Below, piece after piece: positions 9,992 through 18,891 of a DNA stretch of 64,000 bases. Under the pieces are notes generated by a model that saw only the letters and a program-made list of their open reading frames with translations, was not told where the DNA came from and did not search any database. Made by a program: the position numbers and the translations under genes. Position 1 is the first letter of the stretch; each line of letters begins with the position of its first letter. The stretch is from Gemmatimonadota bacterium (GTDB lineage: Bacteria; Gemmatimonadota; Gemmatimonadetes; Gemmatimonadales; GWC2-71-9): contig QHTZ01000067.1 in the NCBI GenBank assembly GCA_003221005.1, positions 69,194 to 133,193 on the forward strand, in the 5' to 3' direction.

Positions 9992-10848
9992 CGCACGAGC
10001 AGCACCAGGCTCGCCGAACCGGCCAGGGCACAGTAGACGGCGAACGGCACGAGCGTCTTCGTACGGAAGTATCGCGTCAGAAACTTCACGGACGCGTAGG
10101 CGGCGATCGCGGCGGCCACCGCGCCAAGCAGGGCGACGCTGATGGCTCCGCTCCCGCCCGAGAGCAACAACCTCGGAAGCTTCAGCGCGGCCGCCGCCCC
10201 GATGATCGGGGTCGCGAGCAGAAACGAGTAGCGCAGCGAGTCTTCGTGGGACAGACCGACCAGCAATCCCCCCGCGAGCGTCGATCCGGTCCGCGAGAAT
10301 CCGGGGATCAAGGCGATGATCTGCAGCAGGCCTACCCTGATCGCGTGCGGCCACGTGAGCTCCGTGGCGATGCGCCGATCGGGGTCGAGAAGGTGGTCCG
10401 CCCGCTTCGCCTTCCGACGCAGCCGCTCGGCGCCGAACAGCAGGACGCCGTTCATGATCAGGAAGAACGCGGCGGAGCGCGGCGAGACGAAAAGACCTCT
10501 CACCTGCTTCTCGAACAGCAGCCCGACGATTCCGGCGGGGACGGTTCCCGCGACCAGTAGCCAGCCGAGCCTTGCGTCGAGATCACCCGGCCCGAGCGCA
10601 CGGTCCCGCAGCGAGCGCCCCAGACCCGCCAGGATGCGCTTCCAGTCACTCCAGTACAGCACGAACAGCACGAGCGCGGTCGCGAAATGCGTGGCGACGA
10701 GGAACGTGAGGAATGCACCGGCATCCTGATCCACACGCCACCGGAGCAGCCCCGGAAGCACCACGCTATGGCCGAGGCTCGATACGGGAAACAGCTCGGT
10801 CACCCCTTGGAGGAACCCGAGGGCAATCGCCTGGGAGACGGAGATCAT
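9988..10848 (-). CDS. uppP: Undecaprenyl-diphosphate phosphatase
   Basis: QGVTELFPVSSLGH and ALIPGFSRTG motifs. Confidence 0.92.
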   Translation of the reverse strand: MISVSQAIALGFLQGVTELFPVSSLGHSVVLPGLLRWRVDQDAGAFLTFLVATHFATALVLFVLYWSDWKRILAGLGRSLRDRALGPGDLDARLGWLLVAGTVPAGIVGLLFEKQVRGLFVSPRSAAFFLIMNGVLLFGAERLRRKAKRADHLLDPDRRIATELTWPHAIRVGLLQIIALIPGFSRTGSTLAGGLLVGLSHEDSLRYSFLLATPIIGAAAALKLPRLLLSGGSGAISVALLGAVAAAIAAYASVKFLTRYFRTKTLVPFAVYCALAGSASLVLLVR

Positions 10849-10868
10849 GCCGCTAAACTTACGGTAGG

Positions 10869-11207
10869 ATGACCGGCGTGATTGTGGTGCTGGCCAGCGT
10901 CGCCGCCTTCCTCGCGGCGGCGAAGTCGCATGGCCGTCAGGTCAGGGTCGAGCGGGAGCTCGCCGGCTACTGGGAGTGGACGATCTGGCTCCCGGCCGTG
11001 GTGTGGGCGCCCATCGTCGCGTTCGTCGCGTTCGTCGCGCTCGGCGTGGCGAGCCTGCGGCGTTTCGGCGCGGCGCTGCGCCGCGGCACTCCCCCGGGGC
11101 GAGCCACCGACGCCGCCTGGCTCCGTCGCGCCCTCGCGGGGAGCGCGGCGTGGTGGCTCGTCACCTTCGGGCTGATCGCTGCTGCGGGCTGGGCCGCCTG
11201 GCCTTAG
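10869..11207 (+). CDS. Small membrane hypothetical protein
   Basis: Three hydrophobic segments. Fills the gap between uppP and the CHRD gene. Confidence 0.5.
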   Translation: MTGVIVVLASVAAFLAAAKSHGRQVRVERELAGYWEWTIWLPAVVWAPIVAFVAFVALGVASLRRFGAALRRGTPPGRATDAAWLRRALAGSAAWWLVTFGLIAAAGWAAWP

Positions 11208-11800
11208 GGCTTCGGGCCCAGCGCCCTGACCTGCCCCCGGATCTCGCCGCCGGGGAAGTCTCCGGGACCGGTGTTCGTCCCGTCCACACCGTCGTTCGTG
11301 TGCACGTTCGCATACGCCGAGTCATGGCGAATCAACCTGAGTAGATCGCTCAGCGGATGCCCGGCGAGTGGCCCGATGAGATTGCCGGCGGTGATGATGC
11401 CAGACGCCAGCACGCCGTCCGTCCGGCCGCCTCCTGCGGGCACCAGCCCGTAGAGGAAGACGACGATGGGACCGTTGATGCCTGCCGGCGCGATGTGAAT
11501 GTGAGACTGGACCACGTTGTAGATGTTGCTCGAGATGATCTTGTACTCGAGCGTGTCGCCGGCGGCGTTCAGCTGCAGCTTGAGCTCGCCCTGTCCGCGC
11601 GTATCACGCGCCGGAACCTCATCGTCGCCGCTAAGGTGCGCGTCGAAATTCTGCGCTGGGGGAGCGACCACGCTCGCGGACGGGACGGCTAGCGCCGTCG
11701 ACCCGCGCAGCTCGGTGGGCACGGCGCGATCCGCAGGATTGCAGGTCGCGAGCAAGGTCACAAGGAGAAGCAGGACGCCTGTGGTGGCGAGGGGACGCAC
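11204..11800 (-). CDS. CHRD-domain lipoprotein
   Basis: LSGDDEVP, SHIH..GINGPIV, YANVHT and PGGEIRGQ. GGAGG RBS. Confidence 0.9.
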   Translation of the reverse strand: MRPLATTGVLLLLVTLLATCNPADRAVPTELRGSTALAVPSASVVAPPAQNFDAHLSGDDEVPARDTRGQGELKLQLNAAGDTLEYKIISSNIYNVVQSHIHIAPAGINGPIVVFLYGLVPAGGGRTDGVLASGIITAGNLIGPLAGHPLSDLLRLIRHDSAYANVHTNDGVDGTNTGPGDFPGGEIRGQVRALGPKP

Positions 11801-11877
11801 AGGACCTCCAGCGAAGGGACGAGCGTCAACCTACCCCGCGGCAGGCGCGGCGCAAGCAGAGCTTCGAGCCGCTCGAC

Positions 11878-12864
11878 CTAGCGGTTGCGCGCGGGCCCGC
11901 GCGCGAACCCAGTGGCGCCCGTGACCGCCGTCGCCCCGACGGCGATCAGAGCCCCCTCGCGTGACAGCGACTGCACGCCGAGCACCGTCGTGATCGGCGG
12001 GTTCGCGCCGAAGTAGGCCGCCCCGGCGTCGCGGATCGCGGCGAGCTGGCTCGGTTTGTAGTCAGCGACGTAGATCGTGAGCGCGACGACGTCCGGCGGG
12101 GAGGCACCAGTCGCGCGCAGCACTGCCCCGAGATTGGCAAACGCCCGCAGGGCCTGGGCAGCCAAATTCCCCGCACCCACGAGTGCGCCCGCGCTGTCGA
12201 GCGGTAGCTGGCTCGAGACGTACACCGTGCGGCCGACGCGGACCGCCTGCGATCCCAGGTCCGGACGAGGCGTGCCGGGCGGGCTAGCGAGGAACGCCTT
12301 CTGTTCGGGGAGGGGCGCCATGCGCTCGCCGCCGAACGCCGCCTGCCGCCAGCGCAGCGCGTCCTCCCGCGCCTTCTCCTCGGCGGCGCGTTCCTGGTCC
12401 TCTTTCCAGCGGCGATAGCTCTTCGACTGATCGCCCGTCAGCAGGTGACGCAGCTGAACTTCGAATTTGTCCTGACGGTCTTTGAGGTACCTGCCGAGCT
12501 CCTGCAGGCGCTCGGCGTAGAACAACGCAGCGGCGCGGTCACCCGAGTCGAGGCGGTCGTTCATCTTTTCGGTCACCGCGCGGGCGCTGTCGCGCTGGGG
12601 CCGGGTGGCGACCATGAAGGAATCGTACGCCTGCCCGTACCGGGCGGCCTGCTGGTCGCTGAAATCGAGGAGCGTGCGTGCCATCGCCGAATCGGGCGGG
12701 CCGTCGAGCTCCGCCCCAGGGAGTCTCGGGGCCGCTGCCTCCCGACCGAATCCTCCGCCACCCATCCCCTGTCCGCGACCGCCGAAACCACCCCACTGCC
12801 CCCGGGCCTCGCGGGAGCTCACCGCAAACACCAGCAGAGCCGCCGTCACGAGCGTGCGTCGCAT
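11878..12864 (-). CDS. Exported protein: helical N-domain plus C-terminal RidA/YjgF-like domain
   Basis: Signal peptide, Gly-rich linker, helical region, then SQAVRVGRTVYVSSQLPLD..AQALRAFANLGAVL. Confidence 0.75.
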   Translation of the reverse strand: MRRTLVTAALLVFAVSSREARGQWGGFGGRGQGMGGGGFGREAAAPRLPGAELDGPPDSAMARTLLDFSDQQAARYGQAYDSFMVATRPQRDSARAVTEKMNDRLDSGDRAAALFYAERLQELGRYLKDRQDKFEVQLRHLLTGDQSKSYRRWKEDQERAAEEKAREDALRWRQAAFGGERMAPLPEQKAFLASPPGTPRPDLGSQAVRVGRTVYVSSQLPLDSAGALVGAGNLAAQALRAFANLGAVLRATGASPPDVVALTIYVADYKPSQLAAIRDAGAAYFGANPPITTVLGVQSLSREGALIAVGATAVTGATGFARGPARNR

Positions 12865-12911
12865 GGGCGTCTTCTCCTCGCAGGAAGATCTTGGTGCTAC
12901 CCCCGCCGCTG

Positions 12912-13442
12912 TCAGCCGCTCCGGAACCGCGGCCGATGCCGACCCCACCATGGGCCGTCGCGCCAGGGACCCCCCTCACCAGGCCCAGCCCCACGCCCCC
13001 GCCCCATACGCGCGAAGTGCTGGCGCATCAGCGAGAGTCGCGCGCGTTGCAGCGGGGACAGATAGCCCGCCATCTCCCGGTTCTGATCCCGCCGCAACTG
13101 GGCCAGGGCAGCCTCGTTCTGTTCTTGCGCGTCCAACAGCTTCCGCAGGCTGTCCGCGTTCGCCGCGACACCCGGCTGCAGCTGACCCCGGAGAGCCCCC
13201 CCGAGCTGGTGCTGCCGTTCCATAATGGCGCGGCGCTGGTCACCGAAGCGCTGCTGGGTGGCCTTGAGCTTGGCCGCCTGGTCGTCGGTGAGGCGGAGCG
13301 CCTCGCGCAGCCGGGCTTCGCGCTGGCGTTGGAACTCTTCGCGGTGCTGGCGCATCCGGCCAGCGCGCCCTGTGTCGGCGGGATTTTGCGCCGGGAGTAC
13401 CGGAGCCGCCGCGAAGAACAAGAGCAACGCGATCCGTTTCAT
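12912..13442 (-). CDS. Spy/CpxP-like periplasmic helical protein
   Basis: Signal peptide and two LTxxQ-type motifs (LRLTDDQ, YLSPLQ). Confidence 0.75.
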   Translation of the reverse strand: MKRIALLLFFAAAPVLPAQNPADTGRAGRMRQHREEFQRQREARLREALRLTDDQAAKLKATQQRFGDQRRAIMERQHQLGGALRGQLQPGVAANADSLRKLLDAQEQNEAALAQLRRDQNREMAGYLSPLQRARLSLMRQHFARMGRGRGAGPGEGGPWRDGPWWGRHRPRFRSG

Positions 13443-13561
13443 CTTCCCTCCAGAAGTGACGTGATAGGCGGCACACTCACACTTAAGGATAGAGTACGGA
13501 GACCTCCAAAGCGTCGCTGAACGCGTGATAAGTTGGAGGCCATCCCCCTCCAGGAGCGCCC

Positions 13562-13720
13562 ATGGCCTGGCACCTCCTCGGTACCCGCGACGAGCTGCTC
13601 ACTCGAGCCCTCGACTGCTGGAAGATTCTCGACCAGAACCGGGCGATGATGGACAAGCCGATGGAGCGCGCCGGCCGCAAGGGCAACCCGCTCGAGAACC
13701 CCGAGGAGGCGCTCGTATGA
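13562..13720 (+). CDS. 52-aa small ORF (MAWHLLGTRDELL..NPEEALV), absent from the ORF track
   Basis: AGGAG RBS before the ATG, GC3-rich codons, ATGA overlap with the next gene. Confidence 0.5.
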   Translation: MAWHLLGTRDELLTRALDCWKILDQNRAMMDKPMERAGRKGNPLENPEEALV

Positions 13721-14178
13721 GCAGGCGGATGGAGATCGCGCGGGCTTACGAGAAGGCGCTGTTCGCGGGCGACCGCGGCGGCGTCGGTCAGCGTTTCACG
13801 GACGACATCGTGTACTGGGTGGCGGGCGCAACCGGGCGCGCCGGGCGCCCGCCCATCGGCGGCGAGTGGAAGGGCCGGGAGCGGGTGCTGGACGCGCTCT
13901 GGAACCGCGAGGCCGGCCTGGGCGCGGCCGACTGGACCTCCGAGGACACGTGGCGGGAGTGGTACGAGGCGGACGACCGCGTGATCGTCGAGATCCGCGA
14001 ACGCAGCTGGCTCAAGAGCGACCTGCGCGACGTGATGGACCAGCGCACCTGCGTCGTGATCAGGTTCCGAGGCGACCGGATCTGCGAGATGCGGGAGTAC
14101 ACGGACAGCCACATCTACGAGGAGTTCTTGAAGCGGCACCGGAGCGAGCTGCCGAAATTCGCCGAGCGCAAGACGTAG
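13717..14178 (+). CDS. NTF2/SnoaL-like protein
   Basis: FTDDIVYW..WKGRE..DDRVIVE..FRGDRICEMREYTD. GAGGAGG RBS. Confidence 0.85.
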   Translation: MSRRMEIARAYEKALFAGDRGGVGQRFTDDIVYWVAGATGRAGRPPIGGEWKGRERVLDALWNREAGLGAADWTSEDTWREWYEADDRVIVEIRERSWLKSDLRDVMDQRTCVVIRFRGDRICEMREYTDSHIYEEFLKRHRSELPKFAERKT

Positions 14179-14249
14179 GAGAGGAGCATGCTCCGTTCAC
14201 ACGCTGAAGCGTGTGATTTGGCAGCGCGAGGTACGGGTCCTGAGCCCCG

Positions 14250-15479
14250 TTACGGGTCGAACCGGTCCAGCTTCCGGTCCCGCCGCCGCGCGAGCCAGTA
14301 GAGCGGCACGCCCAGGATCAGCGTCGCCCCTGAGGCGACCCACGCCTCAGCGATCCCCCGTGTGCGCGCGAGCCATCCCCATCCCGTCTGCCCGGCCACG
14401 CCACCCACGTTCGCGAAGAATGAATCGAGCGAGATGATCGTGGCTCGCTGCTGCGACGGGATGTGGGCGTTGAGATAGCCCTGCTTCACCGGCATCCCCA
14501 CGCCGAGTGCCATGCCATAGACGAGGTACAGCCCCACCACCACGTAGAAGTCCCGCAGCAGGCCGCACAGGACTACCGTGACCACCTGCACGACCACTGA
14601 CGCGATCAGCATTCCGGTGCGCGAGCGAACGACGCGCGACAGCGGCACGACAAGCGCATTGCCGGCGATCAGCGTGAGCGACGTGAGCGCGGCGATCACC
14701 CCCGACACCCACACCGCCTCCCGCCCCAGCAGGTCCAGGAAGTAGCGCTGCCAGCTGTAGAAGCCGAAGATCATAAAGCTCATCGAGACGAGCGACCCGA
14801 GCATCAGCGGCCGGACCACCGGGTGGTGCAAGCCGTAGCGCATGCCCTCCACGAACACGCGCCGCATCTCCGCCGGCACGCGCGACAACGCGAGCGCACG
14901 CGGGGTGTAGCCGAGCTCGCGCATCCCGAACCAGGCCAGCGCGAACAACGGCACCACGATTCCCGCCCGCACGAGGTAGGGCACGGCGAGATCGATCTGA
15001 CCCAGCAAGCCGCCGGCGAGGGTACCGACCAGCATCGCCGCGCCGAACGCCATCTGACCGCGCGCGAACACCGGCTCGAGCGGCGCGGTGTACCCCGTCG
15101 CCTTGAGAGCGTCGACCAGCCATGCGTCCACCGCGCCGGTGTAGAACGTGTAGCCGAGTCCCAGAAACACCGACACGGCGGCGAACGGCCAGAAGCCCCA
15201 CCCGAGCCGCGCGATCGCCACGTAGCAGAGTGTGGTGACGAACAAGGTGGCGAGGCACAACAGCAGCGAAATACGCCGCCCGAGGGTGTCGGCGACGACG
15301 CCGGTGGGGATCTCGAACAGGACGTTGCCCAGCGTGAACGCGGCATTCGTGAGCATCACCTGGAAGATGTCCAACCCCGCGTGGAGCTTGAACAGCGTGT
15401 CGATGCCCCAGATCAGGGACATCGCCAGGTTGAAGAGCCCGGTGATCAGCAGGTAGACGCGGATGATCTGTGCGCTCAC
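14250..15479 (-). CDS. MFS transporter
   Basis: Multiple TM helices, FEIPTGVVADTLGRR and IPSQQRATIIS. GTGA overlap with the SBP gene. Confidence 0.9.
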   Translation of the reverse strand: MSAQIIRVYLLITGLFNLAMSLIWGIDTLFKLHAGLDIFQVMLTNAAFTLGNVLFEIPTGVVADTLGRRISLLLCLATLFVTTLCYVAIARLGWGFWPFAAVSVFLGLGYTFYTGAVDAWLVDALKATGYTAPLEPVFARGQMAFGAAMLVGTLAGGLLGQIDLAVPYLVRAGIVVPLFALAWFGMRELGYTPRALALSRVPAEMRRVFVEGMRYGLHHPVVRPLMLGSLVSMSFMIFGFYSWQRYFLDLLGREAVWVSGVIAALTSLTLIAGNALVVPLSRVVRSRTGMLIASVVVQVVTVVLCGLLRDFYVVVGLYLVYGMALGVGMPVKQGYLNAHIPSQQRATIISLDSFFANVGGVAGQTGWGWLARTRGIAEAWVASGATLILGVPLYWLARRRDRKLDRFDP

Positions 15480-16345
15480 GGAACGTGCGCCTCGAGCCAG
15501 TCGTGCGCGATCGCCCGGATGTCCTGGTGCTGCACGTCGGCCAGCGCATTCAAGCGCCGCATCTCGTCGTCCGAGATCTTGCCGGTCAGCTCGCCGAGCG
15601 CGGCCGCCACCTCGGGATGGCGCCGCAACACCACTTCACGCGCGACGACCGCGGCTTCGTAGGGAGGGAAGTAATGCCGATCGTCTTCCAGGGCGACGAG
15701 ATCGAGCGCGGCGATCTGACCGTCCGTCGAGTTGCCGGCGATCATGTCCACCTTTCCGTCGGCGAGCGCGCGGTAGGTGAGTCCCAAGTCCATCGCGGTC
15801 GGAGGCGCGCGGAAGGCAAGCCTGTACACCTGCGACAGCCCGGCGAATCCGTCTGCGCGCTCCAGGAACTCGTAACCGAACCCCGCCTTCCACCGCGGCG
15901 CGACGCGCGCCACGTCGGAGATCCGCGTCAGGCCATATTGCCGCGCTTCCGTCCGGCGGATCAGAATCGCGAACGTGTTGTTGAAGCCGAACGGCGCGAG
16001 CCACCGCAGGCCGAAGCGTGCCGCATAGTCGCGCGCCACGACTCGCGCCACGCTGTCCCGATCGCTCACCGGGGGGTGCTTGAGCACCGCCGTGAACGCG
16101 GTGCCCGTGTACTCGGGATAGAGATCGATCTGTCCCGCGACGATCGCCTGATGACACACGAACGTGCCACCCAGGTGCAGGCGTCGCTCCACGGGCAGGT
16201 GCGCGCGCCGCTCGATCTGCTGCGCCACGAGCTCGGCGAGCAAGTCGGACTCCGTGAAGTTCTTGGCGCCCACGACGATCCGGTCGTGCCGGGCACACGA
16301 ACTTGCTGCGGAGAGCGCGAGCACCGCGGCGAGCAACGCGAGCAT
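15476..16345 (-). CDS. Glycine betaine/quaternary-amine ABC transporter substrate-binding lipoprotein (OsmF/OpuCC-like)
   Basis: VGAKNFTES, IDLYPEYTGT, GFNNTFAI and LEDDRHYFPPY. The start may extend to 16447. Confidence 0.9.
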   Translation of the reverse strand: MLALLAAVLALSAASSCARHDRIVVGAKNFTESDLLAELVAQQIERRAHLPVERRLHLGGTFVCHQAIVAGQIDLYPEYTGTAFTAVLKHPPVSDRDSVARVVARDYAARFGLRWLAPFGFNNTFAILIRRTEARQYGLTRISDVARVAPRWKAGFGYEFLERADGFAGLSQVYRLAFRAPPTAMDLGLTYRALADGKVDMIAGNSTDGQIAALDLVALEDDRHYFPPYEAAVVAREVVLRRHPEVAAALGELTGKISDDEMRRLNALADVQHQDIRAIAHDWLEAHVP

Positions 16346-16375
16346 GCCGGCCCGGCGTTTCCCGTGCCCTGAAGG

Positions 16376-16428
16376 GCCGGCTCGGCGTAAACGCGCGTCT
16401 TTAAAGACGCGACCTCGGCCGAGCCGGC
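16376..16428. repeat. Nested palindromic element
   Basis: 11-bp arms gccggctcggc (16376-16386) and gccgagccggc (16418-16428) enclose the perfect 18-bp palindrome cgcgtctttaaagacgcg (16394-16411). Confidence 0.75.
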
Positions 16429-16472
16429 GTTTCAACGCACGGACCACACGTGAGGCCAGGTGGGAGTCCTGC

Positions 16473-17102
16473 TCACCTTGCCCGCCACACCAGCCGCCGC
16501 TCGAGCAGCGCGAACAGGCCGTCCGCCGCCAGCGCCATCAGCGCCGCCGGGATCGCGCCCGCGAGGATCAAGGTGTCGTCCACCACCGCCACGCCGCGGA
16601 AGACGTAGACGCCGAGCCCGCCCGCGCCGATCGCGGCGCCGATCGTAGCCACGCCCACGCTCACGACCGTCGCGACGCGCACACCCGCGAGAATGACCGC
16701 CGCAGCGAGGGGCAGCTCCACCAGCCGCAGCAGCTCGGCGTCCGTCATCCCCATGCCGCGACCGGCTTCGCGGATGGCTGGGTCCACGCCCGCGATTCCC
16801 GTGTAGGTGTTGCGCACGATGGGGAGTAGCGCGTACACGATCAGCGCGGTGATCGCCGTCCAGAACCCGATGCCGAAGATCGGAATGAGGATCCCGAAGA
16901 GCGCGAGGCTCGGGATCGTCTGGAACACCCCCGCGAGCCCGAGCACGGGGGGCCGCCACGCGGGTCGGCGGGTGAGCACCACGCCGAGGGGAATCCCCAC
17001 GAGTGCCGCGGCACCGGTCGAGAGTACCACCAAGACGAGGTGCTGACCGACGAGACCGAGTGCCTCATGGGCGTTGCGCGCGAAGAACGCTACCAACCTC
17101 AT
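16473..17102 (-). CDS. Osmoprotectant-type ABC transporter permease
   Basis: QTIPSLAL, LLPIVRNTYTGI and the EAA loop EAGRGMGM..VELPLA. Confidence 0.92.
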   Translation of the reverse strand: MRLVAFFARNAHEALGLVGQHLVLVVLSTGAAALVGIPLGVVLTRRPAWRPPVLGLAGVFQTIPSLALFGILIPIFGIGFWTAITALIVYALLPIVRNTYTGIAGVDPAIREAGRGMGMTDAELLRLVELPLAAAVILAGVRVATVVSVGVATIGAAIGAGGLGVYVFRGVAVVDDTLILAGAIPAALMALAADGLFALLERRLVWRAR

Positions 17103-17851
17103 GCCGCCTCCAGGAAGCGGCGGACCTCGGGGTGCTCGTTGCGACGGAATTCGTCGGGGGTACCGAGGAACAGCAGCCGTCCCGCATGCATCAACCCGAT
17201 GCGCGTCCCCAGGAGCAGCCCCTCCCGCACGTCGTGGGTCACGAACACCATGCCCTTTCCCAGCCGCCCCTCGAGGGCGCGGAATTCCTGCTGCAGTTCG
17301 AAGCGCGTAATGGGATCGAGTGCGCCGAACGGCTCGTCCAGGAGCAGCAGCGGCGGGTCGGCAGCGAGCGCGCGCGCCACCCCGACCCGCTGCCGCTGAC
17401 CGCCCGAGAGCTGGTGCGGATAGCGTCCACCGAACGCCTCCGGGTCGAGCCCCACGAGCGCGAGCAGCTCGCGCACCCGGGCCGCGATCCGCTCTGGAGG
17501 CCAGCGTTCGAGCCGCGGCACGAGTCCCGCGTTCTCGGCCACCGTGAAATGCGGCAGCAGACCCACCTCCTGAATCACGTAGCCGATCCGCCGCCGCAGC
17601 GACGTGGGCTCGAGCGCCGCGGTCCGCTGCCCCGCCACCAACACCTCCCCCACCGAAGGCTCGAGCAGACGGTTGATGAGCTTAAGTGTGGTCGTCTTCC
17701 CAGAGCCGCTGCGGCCGAGGAGCACGAGGGTCTCTCCTGCACCCACAGTGAAGGACACGTCCCGGACGATCGGCAGGACCCGTCCCTCCTCCCCCGTCCC
17801 TCTTCCCGGCAACGTATAGCCGAGTCCCCGGACCTCGAGCACGGCGCTCAT
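17099..17851 (-). CDS. Osmoprotectant-type ABC transporter ATP-binding protein
   Basis: GRSGSGKT, LSGGQRQR and LLLDEPF. ATGA overlaps at both ends. Confidence 0.93.
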   Translation of the reverse strand: MSAVLEVRGLGYTLPGRGTGEEGRVLPIVRDVSFTVGAGETLVLLGRSGSGKTTTLKLINRLLEPSVGEVLVAGQRTAALEPTSLRRRIGYVIQEVGLLPHFTVAENAGLVPRLERWPPERIAARVRELLALVGLDPEAFGGRYPHQLSGGQRQRVGVARALAADPPLLLLDEPFGALDPITRFELQQEFRALEGRLGKGMVFVTHDVREGLLLGTRIGLMHAGRLLFLGTPDEFRRNEHPEVRRFLEAA

Positions 17852-18801
17852 TGCGCCCCCGCCCCCACCAGCACCATTTGAAAGCGGCCGTCTTCGCTCG
17901 TCCCGCGCCAGCGCTGCCCGAGGCCGGCATCTCGCAGGATTCGCAGGAACGTGTCGGCGTCGTACTTGTACGAGTGGTTCATTTCCAGCCGCTCGCCGGC
18001 ACCGAGGGTCAGGGACTCTCCGCCGAGCCGGGCGGCGACGTCGCGGGTCGCCCGGAAGTGCTTGGTGAGGGGATGCAGCCCGGGGACGCGCGCGTCCTCG
18101 CGGTCCTCGAACACGAGCTCGCCGTCGGCCTCGGTGATCCCGACGGCGTGGAGCGGCGCCCACGCGAAGCGCCGGTTCAGGGGGTTGTCATAGCCAGCGA
18201 CGGTGGCCTGGGCGGCGTAGATCTCGCCGTCCACGAGGAGCAGGTCGTCCCCGCGGAGCAGTTTCCGCAGGGCCCGCGTCTCGACCAGCGGATCGAATGC
18301 GCCGAGGGTGTTGCCCAGGAGCAAAATCAGGCGCGGCGGCGTTTCGGGATTAGGCGCCAGTGCAGTGAGGTGGTCGGTCCGTGTGAAGTCGGCCTTGACG
18401 CCCTGGGCGGGGAGCCCCGCGGCGACGGCGCCCTGACACGCGAGCTCGAGCAACGCCTGGCTCGTGTCTACGGGCGTGTAGGAGACGCGGATCCCGTGGG
18501 GTCGCAGCGCTTCGATGAGAAGCAGGTCCTTGTCCCCCTGCCCCGAGCCCAGGCTCAGGACCTCGAGCGGGCCGGGGGGTATGTAGCCAGCGAGGTCGGC
18601 GGCGGACCGAGCGATGAGCGAGCGCGACCGCACGTAGTTCCGGTAGGCGCCGTCCGAGCAGAGGGCGAGCCAGGCTCGGACGGACAGCGGAAACCAATAG
18701 AAGAATTTCTCCGGGAGCCGACGCGCGCGAAACGCGGCGACGAACTCGTCGGCGAGCGCGGTCTCGGTAAGTAGCGTGTGAGTGACGATCACGGAGTTCA
18801 A
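17848..18801 (-). CDS. EgtD-like (Methyltransf_33) SAM-dependent methyltransferase, diverged
   Basis: LPEKFFY, SLGSGQGDK, YTPVDTS, LLGNTLG, AGYDN and HSYKY follow the EgtD motif order. Start uncertain (18801 TTG or 18792 GTG). Confidence 0.8.
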   Translation of the reverse strand: MNSVIVTHTLLTETALADEFVAAFRARRLPEKFFYWFPLSVRAWLALCSDGAYRNYVRSRSLIARSAADLAGYIPPGPLEVLSLGSGQGDKDLLLIEALRPHGIRVSYTPVDTSQALLELACQGAVAAGLPAQGVKADFTRTDHLTALAPNPETPPRLILLLGNTLGAFDPLVETRALRKLLRGDDLLLVDGEIYAAQATVAGYDNPLNRRFAWAPLHAVGITEADGELVFEDREDARVPGLHPLTKHFRATRDVAARLGGESLTLGAGERLEMNHSYKYDADTFLRILRDAGLGQRWRGTSEDGRFQMVLVGAGAQ

Positions 18802-18811
18802 GAGTTACCGG

Positions 18812-18840
18812 TTGACGGGTCTGGCGGCAACCCGTATGCT
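18812..18840 (+). promoter_or_regulatory. sigma70-type promoter of the peptide operon
   Basis: TTGACG-N17-TATGCT, 51 nt upstream of the peptide ATG. Confidence 0.7.
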
Positions 18841-18891
18841 ACGTTTCGTCTGCCGTCGTCTGATTTCCACGTAAAGACGGAGGATATTCGC

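Noticed and set aside
18778-18891. 68-aa version of the peptide ORF in the track, which would add a leader
   Set aside because: The extension overlaps the divergent gene start and the promoter; the RBS and promoter point to ATG 18892.
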